From a virus (Duplodnaviria; Caudoviricetes), in the IMG/VR virus record IMGVR_UViG_2519899535_000001, positions 3,526 through 67,525 of that record: 64,000 bases of DNA; one strand, given 5' to 3'. Below are positions 34,448-43,494 of the stretch, piece after piece (the stretch's first letter is position 1; each line of letters begins with the position of its first letter). The notes beneath the pieces were generated by a model. That model worked only from the letters and a program-made list of their open reading frames with translations. It made no database searches and was not told the DNA's origin. Both the position numbers and the translations under genes were made by a program.

Positions 34448-35616
34448 CGTTCGAGAAGTTCTCCGGCATCAACAACGTGCTCGCATCCCACCGGCTCGGT
34501 GGCAGTGAGCTGGCTGCGGCCACGAACGTTGACGCCGGCCTATCTGGCGACCTCATCCGCCGCGTAGGCTACGACGAGGCGCTGGACACCTGCCACAAGA
34601 ATCTGCACCAGGCGGATGGGTTCATGCTGGCCACGGTCGATGGCGGGGACTTGATCGCCATGGACGCGGCCGGCGGCTCGCGCACCACCCTGTACCCGTC
34701 GCTCGGCCCCAGTCGAGTCTGGTACTGCAACTTGCCGGATGGCCGCACCACGTTCAGCAACGGCCTCATCAACGGAATCGCGAGCGGCTCCGCGGCCACG
34801 GCCTGGGGCGTACCGATTCCGGCCGATCTTGGCGCACTGACACCTTTGTCCGGGGACCTGTTCCCCGGCGACTATCAATACCAGCTCACCTACGTCCGCC
34901 TGAGCGATGGCCTTGAGGGTGGGCCGATCTACTCCAACCCCACGCCCGTGCCGGACGGTGGCATCCTGCTGACGGGCCTGCCCGTGCTGGAAGGCCACAA
35001 GATCAATGTCTACCTGACCAGCGCAAACGGCGACCAGGCATACCTGGCCGGCAGCGCCTTCAACGATTCTTTCGCCTACCTGGGCAAGAACGAGGCCCTG
35101 GTGCTGCCGTGCCGAACCGACTTCCTGCAGCCGATGCCGGTGGGCACGGTCACGGCATTTTGGCGCGGCCGGGTGCTGACCGCCGTGGGCCCTGTGCTTT
35201 ACGCCTCCAAGACCAACAGTTGGGAGCTGTGCGACATGCGCCGGGACTTCAAGCAGTTCTCGGGCGACCTCACGCTGATCCAGCCCGTTGACGGCGGCAT
35301 CTTCGTGGGCACCACGAAAGAACTGGCGTTTCTGGCCGGGACCGAGTTCGACAAGCTGGCCTACACCCGCGTGCTGGATGGCCCCGTGGTGCTGGGCTCT
35401 GGCGTTGCCGTTCGCGGCGAGTTGGTGCAGCGCGGGCAGGGCGCAGGGCAGGGCGCGGCCATGGTCTGCATCGCCGGGCGCGGCATCGTTGCGGGGTTCA
35501 GCGACGGCGGTATCTCCCGCATGACCGAGGGCCGCTACGCCACCGACGTGACTGAGGTGGCCGCCACGTTCCGCATGGTCGGCGGCGCCCCACAGTACCT
35601 GGCGGTCCCGCAATGA
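34441..35616 (+). CDS. Tail/nozzle-like protein
   Basis: MLTFEKFSGINN...N.D...G.L.RR.G. Confidence 0.7.
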   Translation: MLTFEKFSGINNVLASHRLGGSELAAATNVDAGLSGDLIRRVGYDEALDTCHKNLHQADGFMLATVDGGDLIAMDAAGGSRTTLYPSLGPSRVWYCNLPDGRTTFSNGLINGIASGSAATAWGVPIPADLGALTPLSGDLFPGDYQYQLTYVRLSDGLEGGPIYSNPTPVPDGGILLTGLPVLEGHKINVYLTSANGDQAYLAGSAFNDSFAYLGKNEALVLPCRTDFLQPMPVGTVTAFWRGRVLTAVGPVLYASKTNSWELCDMRRDFKQFSGDLTLIQPVDGGIFVGTTKELAFLAGTEFDKLAYTRVLDGPVVLGSGVAVRGELVQRGQGAGQGAAMVCIAGRGIVAGFSDGGISRMTEGRYATDVTEVAATFRMVGGAPQYLAVPQ

Positions 35617-38192
35617 ACCTGCGCAACCACAACTGGACCGACCTGCAGGGTGACCCGATCACAGGGCGCGCGCCACCGCGCTTGGTGGTGATGAATGACG
35701 TGCGCCCGACGCCAGGGCAGATGGGCATGGTTGCGCACCATTACCAGCTCATGACGTACGCACTGAAGGTGTCCATCATCCCGTATATGGTGCAGGAGCG
35801 GACGCTGACAGACGGCACGCGCATCCGTATGGTGTCGAACTATGGCCAGGACACCGTGTTCGTGTGGCCTGCTGGGGGCGGCGATGTGGGTGTCGAGCTT
35901 GCGCATGGATTTTGTGTTGAGGGCAGCTGGATCTCCCCGCAGATCATCGGGAAGGAGAAGACCGTCTACAACGTCGCCCAGGCAAGAAACGGGATCGTTG
36001 GCGGTGCGCACTACGCAGAGGACATGAAGCCTGACCGCCTGGGCGACACCGGGATCAACGTCTACCCGCTAGTTGCCACAGGTGAGGCTGGCAAGCCCGC
36101 CGGGCTCTGGGACTTCAAGCACCACCCGGGGCTGTCTGGCGCGATCAAGCCGGTTGCGTTGAAGTATGGCGGCAAACCTCTGTGGCAGTGCATTCACCCG
36201 GCGCACTTTTCAGACGGCAAGACCATCCGCAACGCCAAGAACACGGCGCTGGTCACAACCGCGCTCAGTACGACCGCGACCGGCGACAACCCGACTGAGG
36301 TGACAGTGTTCCCGCTGACCATGGACAACCGTGGCAACGCCGGCCTATTTCAAGTCCTGAAGAAGGAGAGCGTTGGCCTGGGCAGCACATTCTTCTCGGT
36401 GGCGCGGCAGGCAGTCACGCGCACGGGCAAGGAGAGTTACTCGCTAGGCGGCGCCGCCACGACAGAGTTCTGGCACCCGCTGCCTGTTGCCGCCGACGAT
36501 GCGGTCGCCAATTTCACGAACTTGGTGGACGATATCGACGCGAACCTGTCCGCGATCAGTATTACTCGGGACGATGTGCCTTTTACCAGCGACACCCGCA
36601 CTTTCGGGACTTATCAACTCACCTTGACTGGCGGGTTCGGGTGGGAGGAGTACCCACCCGGCAACGTGCAGTCCGTGGGGGCCCGGCAAAACATGACGGA
36701 GAAAGTAGTCCCTCTGAACATACTGTCTGTGGGCGCCGGCGGCGATGCGTCGAGGACTATCACGACCCCGCACAAAAGCGCCCCGCAGCAAATCCCCATC
36801 ATCGCAGTCTCCAACTGCGACGGCACTGAAGAGGTTCAGTACACCCACGACATTTGCTACCCCGTAAGCGGGAGGCTCATTTTCGGGAACCAGACCTACG
36901 GGTACGGGCTGCGTCCGTGGGGGGCCAGCAGTATTTTTCCGCAGTACAACGCGGCAGGCTACGGCGTCACCTCAGAGGAGCTGGCCCGCCGTGAGTGTCA
37001 CCACATAGTGGATGTGTCCAACTCTGCGGAGTTTGATTTCGGGTGGGCCAAACTACGGTCTTTTGAAGGTACCACCGTCGGCGGGATGGTGGGGTTCAAG
37101 CAGTCCCAGCGCCTGTACAAAGAATTTAGCTCGTACTATTTTGCGTACAGCCTTTTTGACAGCCCCAACATCCCAGGCGAACTACCCGCACAGCAACAGC
37201 TTCCGTCAGGCGGCTCCCTTGGGGATATATACACCACCGCCGACATCTACTCGTCGACGATCGACAGCTCTGACCAGAACCCCCGCTGGGCAGGCATCAG
37301 AGATCAGTACGTCGCGGACAACGCCAAGCCCGCAGAAGAAACGGAGCGGGGCCGGGAAAACACGCTGGACTATGACTACACCAGCCGCTTCGTTATTGAC
37401 TACGACCACAAGAGTCGCTTCATCGCCGCCATCAAGGTGCGGGTCACATGCTCTGGCGCACGGTGGACTGAGCCAGTGGGCTCGACCATCCCTGGCAAGG
37501 TTGCTCTCTCCACCCCGGGCGACTACACATACACCATCAGCTTTGAGGCCAACTGGAACGGCAACGTCATCAACAAGCAGCTGCTGTTCGGGGAATGCAC
37601 ACGGGAGCCCTTTGAGGCCTTCAAGACGCTGTACCCGAACGTGTACCTCTGGCCAAGCATCGCCATGTACGACCCCATCAACGCCATCACGGTCTACACG
37701 GCACCGCAGGTAAACCCGACCGTGGCCTCGTTCAAGCAGTTGCAGAACATCGGGACCACGCAGGACACCAACCCGCACTTTGCGGCGCAGGACGTAGAGA
37801 CGCTCGGCGGTTTTGCTGGGATCTCCAGCAGCAAGAACATTGAGTTTTCCCGCATGGAGAACGGTCGGGAGTATCCGCACCACAAGACGACCACCGGGCT
37901 CCGCTATTCCCGGACGTTCAAGATCAGCGAACTATCCGGGGCGACCTGGCTGCTGGACATGGTGCAGGCCGGTGTCAGCCTGACGGGCGCCAACGATGGC
38001 TCCTACGAGTGGATGCCGGCGTTCCGGGACGACCTCATCAACAAGGTGTTCACCGTCGAGATCCTGGATGGCGAGTTCGTCGATTGGTCTGCAGACCTCC
38101 AGGGCGCGCTGGACACCACGGTGAGGCCTCCAGTCCGCAAAACGCGCCCAATCAACGCACTGCTTCGGAACATCAAGATCAACCGGGTATGA
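35613..38192 (+). CDS. Large tail-module protein (859 aa)
   Basis: Long ORF with 4-nt overlaps on both sides. Confidence 0.75.
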   Translation: MNLRNHNWTDLQGDPITGRAPPRLVVMNDVRPTPGQMGMVAHHYQLMTYALKVSIIPYMVQERTLTDGTRIRMVSNYGQDTVFVWPAGGGDVGVELAHGFCVEGSWISPQIIGKEKTVYNVAQARNGIVGGAHYAEDMKPDRLGDTGINVYPLVATGEAGKPAGLWDFKHHPGLSGAIKPVALKYGGKPLWQCIHPAHFSDGKTIRNAKNTALVTTALSTTATGDNPTEVTVFPLTMDNRGNAGLFQVLKKESVGLGSTFFSVARQAVTRTGKESYSLGGAATTEFWHPLPVAADDAVANFTNLVDDIDANLSAISITRDDVPFTSDTRTFGTYQLTLTGGFGWEEYPPGNVQSVGARQNMTEKVVPLNILSVGAGGDASRTITTPHKSAPQQIPIIAVSNCDGTEEVQYTHDICYPVSGRLIFGNQTYGYGLRPWGASSIFPQYNAAGYGVTSEELARRECHHIVDVSNSAEFDFGWAKLRSFEGTTVGGMVGFKQSQRLYKEFSSYYFAYSLFDSPNIPGELPAQQQLPSGGSLGDIYTTADIYSSTIDSSDQNPRWAGIRDQYVADNAKPAEETERGRENTLDYDYTSRFVIDYDHKSRFIAAIKVRVTCSGARWTEPVGSTIPGKVALSTPGDYTYTISFEANWNGNVINKQLLFGECTREPFEAFKTLYPNVYLWPSIAMYDPINAITVYTAPQVNPTVASFKQLQNIGTTQDTNPHFAAQDVETLGGFAGISSSKNIEFSRMENGREYPHHKTTTGLRYSRTFKISELSGATWLLDMVQAGVSLTGANDGSYEWMPAFRDDLINKVFTVEILDGEFVDWSADLQGALDTTVRPPVRKTRPINALLRNIKINRV

Positions 38193-38632
38193 CCATGAAC
38201 ACCATCACATTCAACACCCTCACGGGCGCTGTCACCGAGTACACCGGGTTCGGGTTCCAGTCCATCACACCGACGCACGCCGGTTCGGCCGCCGGCCTGT
38301 TCACGCTGGGTGGCGACACCGATGCGGGTCAGCCTATCGTGGCCCAGGTCACCACCGGCAAGCAGTTGTGGGGCGGATCACTCAAAAAGACCGCACTGAT
38401 GGTGTACTTCTCGCTCAAGGGTGAGGGCACCAGCACCCTGACTGTGACCGGCGAGGAAGACAGCTACAGCTACCAGTTCCCTGTGCGCGCCACCGGCGAG
38501 TCGCGCTGCAAGCCGGGGCAGGGCATCCGTGAGAACTACCTCGCCTTCGGGTACAGCAACACCGATGGCGCACCTTTCCAACTCGACCGCATTGAGGTGC
38601 TGGTCGCCGAATCCAAGACCCGGAGGGTTTAA
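38189..38632 (+). CDS. Tail-module protein
   Basis: FNTLTGAVTEYTGFGF...GIRENYLAFGYSN.DG..F.LD. Confidence 0.75.
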   Translation: MTMNTITFNTLTGAVTEYTGFGFQSITPTHAGSAAGLFTLGGDTDAGQPIVAQVTTGKQLWGGSLKKTALMVYFSLKGEGTSTLTVTGEEDSYSYQFPVRATGESRCKPGQGIRENYLAFGYSNTDGAPFQLDRIEVLVAESKTRRV

Positions 38633-38634
38633 CC

Positions 38635-40470
38635 ATGGCATCCGCAGCAGAACTCGTCAACCAGTCGTTCGCTCTCGCGCAGGATTACGCGCAGAACGCG
38701 CAGCAGCAGCTCGATGGCTTCGCCTCCGCGCTTTCATCCAGCGTCTACGCGCCGCCGACCATCAGCGTGACGTGGAACAGCCTGGCGGCGCCATCGTTGC
38801 CGGGCCTGCCCGCGGTACCGGAGATGCCGACCATCGCATTCGTCGCCCCGACAGCGCCGGGTGAGTGGGCGCTGGCCGAGCCCGTCATCGACATCGCGGA
38901 CTTCACCGAAGCGTCGCCGACGTTGAACTTGCCGACCGCCCCAGCGCTGTCGTACGGCGCGGCCCCAGTCATCCCGGACGTGAACGATGTGACCGTGCCA
39001 GATGCCCCGACCCTCCCCGTCGTGGATGCGCCCACGTACCTGTCGTTGAGCACGCCCACGTTCGGCGGGGTGGACCTGCACCAGGAATACCTGGACAAGC
39101 TGACTGACATCCCGACGCTGGAGCTGGTGGCGCCGACCCCGTACAGCTACATTGCCGGCCCGCAGTACGCATCCGATCTGCTGAACACCCTGAAGTCGGT
39201 GCTGACCGCGCGCATGGCGGGGGGCACCGGGCTGCCAGCTGCTGTCGAGCAGGCCATCTGGGACCGTGCCCGCAGCCGCGAAACCCAGGTGGCTCTTGGC
39301 AACGAGGCCGAGATCATGCGCGCCAGCGAGGCCATGGGCTTTCAGCTGCCCAGCGGCGTGCTGGCGGCGCAGCTGCGTGAGGCCCAGCAGAACTACTACG
39401 ACAAGCTCAGCGGGCTGTCGCGCGACGTGGCCATCAAGCAAGCCGAGCTGGAACAGGAAAACCTGAAACAGACCATCGCCTCGGGCATGCAGCTGGAGGG
39501 CCAGCTCATCGACTACAGCTTCAAGCTGGAGCAGTTGACGTTCGAGACGGCGAAGGTGACGGCCGACAACGCCGTTCAGGTCTACAACGCACAGGTCGAG
39601 CAATTCAAGGCCCTGCTGTCTGCGTACAACACCTACGCGACCGCCTACAAGACCATCATGGACGCCGAGCTGTCCAAGGTCGAGGTCTACAAGGCAGAGC
39701 TGCAGGCCGAGCAGACCAAGGCTGATGTGAACCAGGCGTTGGTGCAGCAGTACAAGGCCCAGATCGAAGCGGGGTTGTCCCAGGTGGAGATCTACAAGGC
39801 CCAGGTCGGCGCGGCCAACACCCTCATCCAGTTGGAGCAGGCCCGGATTGGCGCAGCCGGAGAACAGATCAAAGCCTACGTCGCCCAGGTCAACGCGGAG
39901 ACATCCAAGGTGGAGGCCTACAAGGCAGGCGTGCAGGCCGAAGCGACCAAGGTGGAGGTCTACCGCGTCAAAGCCCAGGCGTTCAGTGCCCGCACAGGCG
40001 CGCAGGCGGAAAAGGCCCGCGCTGAAATCAGCCGCTACAGCGCGCTTGCGCAGGCCAAGGAGGCGCAATGGCGCGGGTATGCCGCACAGGTCGAAGCCGA
40101 GCGTAGCCGCATCGCGGCGCTGGGCACGCAGTCCACCGCGCTGCTGGAAGGGTACAAGGCGGGGGCCGCAGCGGTCGAGTCGTCTGCGCAGATGCACACG
40201 AAGGTCTGGGAGTCGCAGATCCGCCAGTACGAGGCGAGCCAGAACATCGTAGTGCAGACTGCGAAGATCAACGGCGACTGGGCAATCCAGGCCAACAACG
40301 CCCGGATGGAAGCCGCCAAAGCGGGAACCCAGGTTTACGCGCAGCTCACCTCGTCGGCGTACGGGATGATGCACACCAGCGCTGGCATCAGTGGCAGCGC
40401 GTCCATGTCTGTCGGATACAGCTACGGCGGCGACGTATCTGGCACTGTGTCGCCACGGGAGTCCCTCTAG
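38635..40470 (+). CDS. Virion protein with long coiled coil (putative ejection/core protein)
   Basis: Pro-rich N-half, A/Q/E heptad C-half. Confidence 0.75.
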   Translation: MASAAELVNQSFALAQDYAQNAQQQLDGFASALSSSVYAPPTISVTWNSLAAPSLPGLPAVPEMPTIAFVAPTAPGEWALAEPVIDIADFTEASPTLNLPTAPALSYGAAPVIPDVNDVTVPDAPTLPVVDAPTYLSLSTPTFGGVDLHQEYLDKLTDIPTLELVAPTPYSYIAGPQYASDLLNTLKSVLTARMAGGTGLPAAVEQAIWDRARSRETQVALGNEAEIMRASEAMGFQLPSGVLAAQLREAQQNYYDKLSGLSRDVAIKQAELEQENLKQTIASGMQLEGQLIDYSFKLEQLTFETAKVTADNAVQVYNAQVEQFKALLSAYNTYATAYKTIMDAELSKVEVYKAELQAEQTKADVNQALVQQYKAQIEAGLSQVEIYKAQVGAANTLIQLEQARIGAAGEQIKAYVAQVNAETSKVEAYKAGVQAEATKVEVYRVKAQAFSARTGAQAEKARAEISRYSALAQAKEAQWRGYAAQVEAERSRIAALGTQSTALLEGYKAGAAAVESSAQMHTKVWESQIRQYEASQNIVVQTAKINGDWAIQANNARMEAAKAGTQVYAQLTSSAYGMMHTSAGISGSASMSVGYSYGGDVSGTVSPRESL

Positions 40471-40528
40471 GGTAGACGGCGGCAGCAGCCGCCCCCCCCA
40501 ACATGGTTTGGCGGTATTGGCGCCATGT

Positions 40529-40564
40529 ATAGGGTTTCTTCTGCGGGCATCTTCTGCGAAGAAT
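40529..40564 (+). promoter_or_regulatory. Late promoter motif 4
   Basis: ATAGGGTT at 40529, AAGAAT at +30. Confidence 0.7.
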
Positions 40565-40592
40565 CACGGCATTGAATCTACGGAGGCTCCAC

Positions 40593-42716
40593 ATGCGAGG
40601 CTTTCAACCACAAAAATTTGCGGATGGTGGCCTGGTGCAAGGCCTCAAGCGTGTCTTCGGTATGGACGAGGAACGCAATGCGCGTGTGGCCGCGTACCGC
40701 GCGCAGGCTGCGCAAGAGAAACCTGCCGAGACACCAGCGCCAGCCCCCGCACCTGCGGTGAGCGACTACGCTGGAATGGGCGCGATGAAGCGCCGCGAGA
40801 AGGCTGCTGGCCTGGCTGATGGCGGCACGGTCAAGCCGCGTGGGTTCAAGGCAGGTGGCCTGATCCGCGGGCCTGGGACGGGCACCAGCGATTCGATCAA
40901 AACCGAAAAGCGCCCCGGCACCTTCATCATGCCCGCCGACAGCACCCAGGCCATTGGCCCGGAGGCGCTGGAGGAAATGGGTGAAATGGACGACGGCGAC
41001 ATGGAAGAGCAGGGCGAAAAAATGCCCGTGCGCCTGAGTGCCGGTGAGTTCGAGCTGCCGCCCGAGCAGGTTCAGGCGCTGGGTGAGGCTGTGCTGACAG
41101 TAATGCGTGATGCCACTCATAAGCCGGTGCGCGGCTTCGCCCCCCAGGCAGAGACGGAGGAGCCGCGCCAGTTCTTTGCCGACGGCGGCGTTGTGGACGA
41201 TGAGCAAAAGAAGCGGTTGGCCAACCAGACCTCCATGTACGTGCAGGGCGCTCAGGCTGCCGCAGCAAATCGGCCTCCGGCGCCAACCGCACCGCCACCG
41301 GCAGCGCCGCCGCCCGAGCCGCAAGCAGCCTTCGGCGTGTTCCCGCAGATGGGGCGCAATACCGCTGGCGGTCGCCCGGCACCTGCGCCTGTCGTGCCCC
41401 CTCCTGCGACCGAGGTGGAGGGCTGGCGCACGAAGGCAGTAATGGATGGCGCGGCCCAAGACGCACAGGCTTCATGGGACCGTGGCGGTGTCGATGGAGT
41501 CGCTGGCGCGGCCGGCGCAGTGGCGCGCGGTGCTATCACCGCCATCCCAACGGCCGTTGGCGAATTCGCATACAACACCGTTGCCCCGCTGGGTGGAGTA
41601 GCGAGAGGCTTCTGGAATGGCATCACCGGTGGGGATTCGGCACCGGAGGCGCCTGCGACTACCCAGGCGTCGCCGAGCCCAGCTGCACCCCGTGCACCTG
41701 ACGCCCAAGGCGGCCAGGCCCCCGCATCCGGTACCCAGGCAGCGCCGCCAGTACAGGCTACCGCTGCGCCCATTTCCGGCGCAGCTGAGGTGGCCGCTTC
41801 CACGGGGGGCAACACCGGCCAGGTGATGCCAGGTGTATTCCGCTCAGGCAACAGCTATTCCGATTCCGCACAAGGGGTCGTGAACGGTGCCGCGCCACGT
41901 GGCATGCCCTCTGCCCAGAACGTTGCCGCGGCTGATGCGCTTTACGCCCGTCAGCAGCAGGACACGGTGCCGCGCGTTGCCGGGTTTCAACCTACAGGCA
42001 TCACTGCGCCTGTCATCCGCAACTCCACCAATGACTGGGCCGCACGCAACAACCTGCGCAATCAGGCAGTCAGCGCCAGCAGCATTACGAATCGGCCGGG
42101 CTGGAGCGGAGGCGGGCGCGGTTTTGTACCGCCTGATGTGCTCTCGTACCAGGAAGCGCTCAGAGCCGACCAGGCGCTGCAGCAAGCCCAGCCCGGACTC
42201 GATCAGACTGCAATGCGCGAGAACGGAGGTCTCCAGCGCGAAGCCGTGCAGCAGGCCGGCGGGCTGCAACGTGAGCAGGTGCAGCAGGCTGGAGCGAACA
42301 CCCGCGCCAACGCGAGCAATGCTGTTGACCAGCGCCGCGTGGGGCTGGAAGAGCAGGTGCGTGGTTTCGACATCCGCGAGGGGCAGCGGAAGGAGCAGCT
42401 ATTCGCGCGCTACAACGCGGCGAAAACAGCCGAGGAAAAGGCCGCAGTCGCCCAGCAGATCCGTGACCTGTCTGGAAAGCAGCCGGAGTCGCCTTGGAAG
42501 GTACAGGTGACGCCGACGACGAAGAACGCTGATGGGTCCACTACCGATGGCAGCGTCTATCGGTACAACACCCAGACGGGCGTGGTCGAGCGGGTGGATG
42601 CAGCCGCCACAGCACCATTGCCGTTGCCTGCAAAGGATCAGCTCAAGGCAGGCCAGGTGTACCAGACGCCCCGAGGACCGGCACGCTGGGACGGAAAACA
42701 GTTTCAAACTGCATAA
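40593..42716 (+). CDS. Internal virion/ejection protein (low complexity)
   Basis: GGAGG RBS; repeated (F/L)ADGG and RGF motifs. Confidence 0.75.
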   Translation: MRGFQPQKFADGGLVQGLKRVFGMDEERNARVAAYRAQAAQEKPAETPAPAPAPAVSDYAGMGAMKRREKAAGLADGGTVKPRGFKAGGLIRGPGTGTSDSIKTEKRPGTFIMPADSTQAIGPEALEEMGEMDDGDMEEQGEKMPVRLSAGEFELPPEQVQALGEAVLTVMRDATHKPVRGFAPQAETEEPRQFFADGGVVDDEQKKRLANQTSMYVQGAQAAAANRPPAPTAPPPAAPPPEPQAAFGVFPQMGRNTAGGRPAPAPVVPPPATEVEGWRTKAVMDGAAQDAQASWDRGGVDGVAGAAGAVARGAITAIPTAVGEFAYNTVAPLGGVARGFWNGITGGDSAPEAPATTQASPSPAAPRAPDAQGGQAPASGTQAAPPVQATAAPISGAAEVAASTGGNTGQVMPGVFRSGNSYSDSAQGVVNGAAPRGMPSAQNVAAADALYARQQQDTVPRVAGFQPTGITAPVIRNSTNDWAARNNLRNQAVSASSITNRPGWSGGGRGFVPPDVLSYQEALRADQALQQAQPGLDQTAMRENGGLQREAVQQAGGLQREQVQQAGANTRANASNAVDQRRVGLEEQVRGFDIREGQRKEQLFARYNAAKTAEEKAAVAQQIRDLSGKQPESPWKVQVTPTTKNADGSTTDGSVYRYNTQTGVVERVDAAATAPLPLPAKDQLKAGQVYQTPRGPARWDGKQFQTA

Positions 42717-42769
42717 GTCAGCTGGAAAATCGCCACGCAACCGCCCATTGAGGGCTTTGTGCTATCAAT

Positions 42770-43363
42770 TTAGTTGCAATTCCAGACTGTTCCAGCTCTG
42801 TGACACGGCCTGCCGGTGGGGCTTGTCATGAAGTCAGGACCAGCCTTGTGATACACGCCACCATGGTTGTCGTAGCAAAAGGCTTTATCGCAGTGGGTGA
42901 GGATAGGCTGCAAGGTGGTTTGTGCGGCGCGCCGCCGTGCATCGTCCTTATGTTCTGCTTCAGGCTTTGTGTTCCAACGTCCCTGCTTGTTGGTGATCGA
43001 ATTGGCGGAGGTCGCGGCGTTCTCTCGCTCCTTTCGTGCCTGCCAGCTTTCTTGCCCTTGCTGCGTGGCAATGGCGGGAGGCACCATTTGCCCCTGTCGG
43101 GCATTCCATTCGCGCTCCTGTTCCGCAGCATTGCGCTGCTGCTTGCGCATTTCAGCGTCATAGGCCTCTTGGCGCTCACGAAGTATTTCTTCTCTGGAGC
43201 GCTGGCGCTCAATTTGGCCGCCTTGCTGCCCCTGCGCGCACGGTCGGTCTGAGTAAATGATCTTGCCGGCCTGATCCTGGCACCGATGAACCTGCGCATG
43301 AGCTGTGCTGGCGAAAAGAGCAGCGGCGGCAGACAGGATTGCAATGGCGTGTCGAATGTTCAA
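42770..43363 (-). CDS. Moron: secreted DUF4124-like protein
   Basis: Signal peptide ...AHA|QVHRCQDQAGKIIYSDRPC; opposite strand inside late operon. Confidence 0.8.
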   Translation of the reverse strand: MNIRHAIAILSAAAALFASTAHAQVHRCQDQAGKIIYSDRPCAQGQQGGQIERQRSREEILRERQEAYDAEMRKQQRNAAEQEREWNARQGQMVPPAIATQQGQESWQARKERENAATSANSITNKQGRWNTKPEAEHKDDARRRAAQTTLQPILTHCDKAFCYDNHGGVYHKAGPDFMTSPTGRPCHRAGTVWNCN

Positions 43364-43452
43364 GGTGACTCCCTCCGCACATCACTCTATCAGCAGTCCC
43401 AGCACAAGCGTTGGTGGTGCCGACGCGGCTGGTGAAGGGTGGCGCGCCCCGT

Positions 43453-43488
43453 ATAGGGTTCGGCGCTTTCAGCTCTGCACGCGAGCAT
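43453..43488 (+). promoter_or_regulatory. Late promoter motif 5 (giant gene)
   Basis: ATAGGGTT at 43453, GAGCAT at +30. Confidence 0.7.
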
Positions 43489-43494
43489 GCGTGC

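Noticed and set aside
31908-38632. Diversity-generating retroelement in tail module
   Set aside because: No reverse transcriptase and no TR/VR repeat pair seen
38734-40374. 546-aa minus-strand ORF
   Set aside because: Shadow of the 611-aa virion protein
42761-42768. GCTATCAA as a third copy of the host repeat
   Set aside because: Lacks the GCGCT-N9-AGCGC part and abuts a stop codon
43411-43494. ORF-track start of the giant gene
   Set aside because: Overlaps the ATAGGG promoter; 43495 (MSDTFSYE) fits the motif spacing
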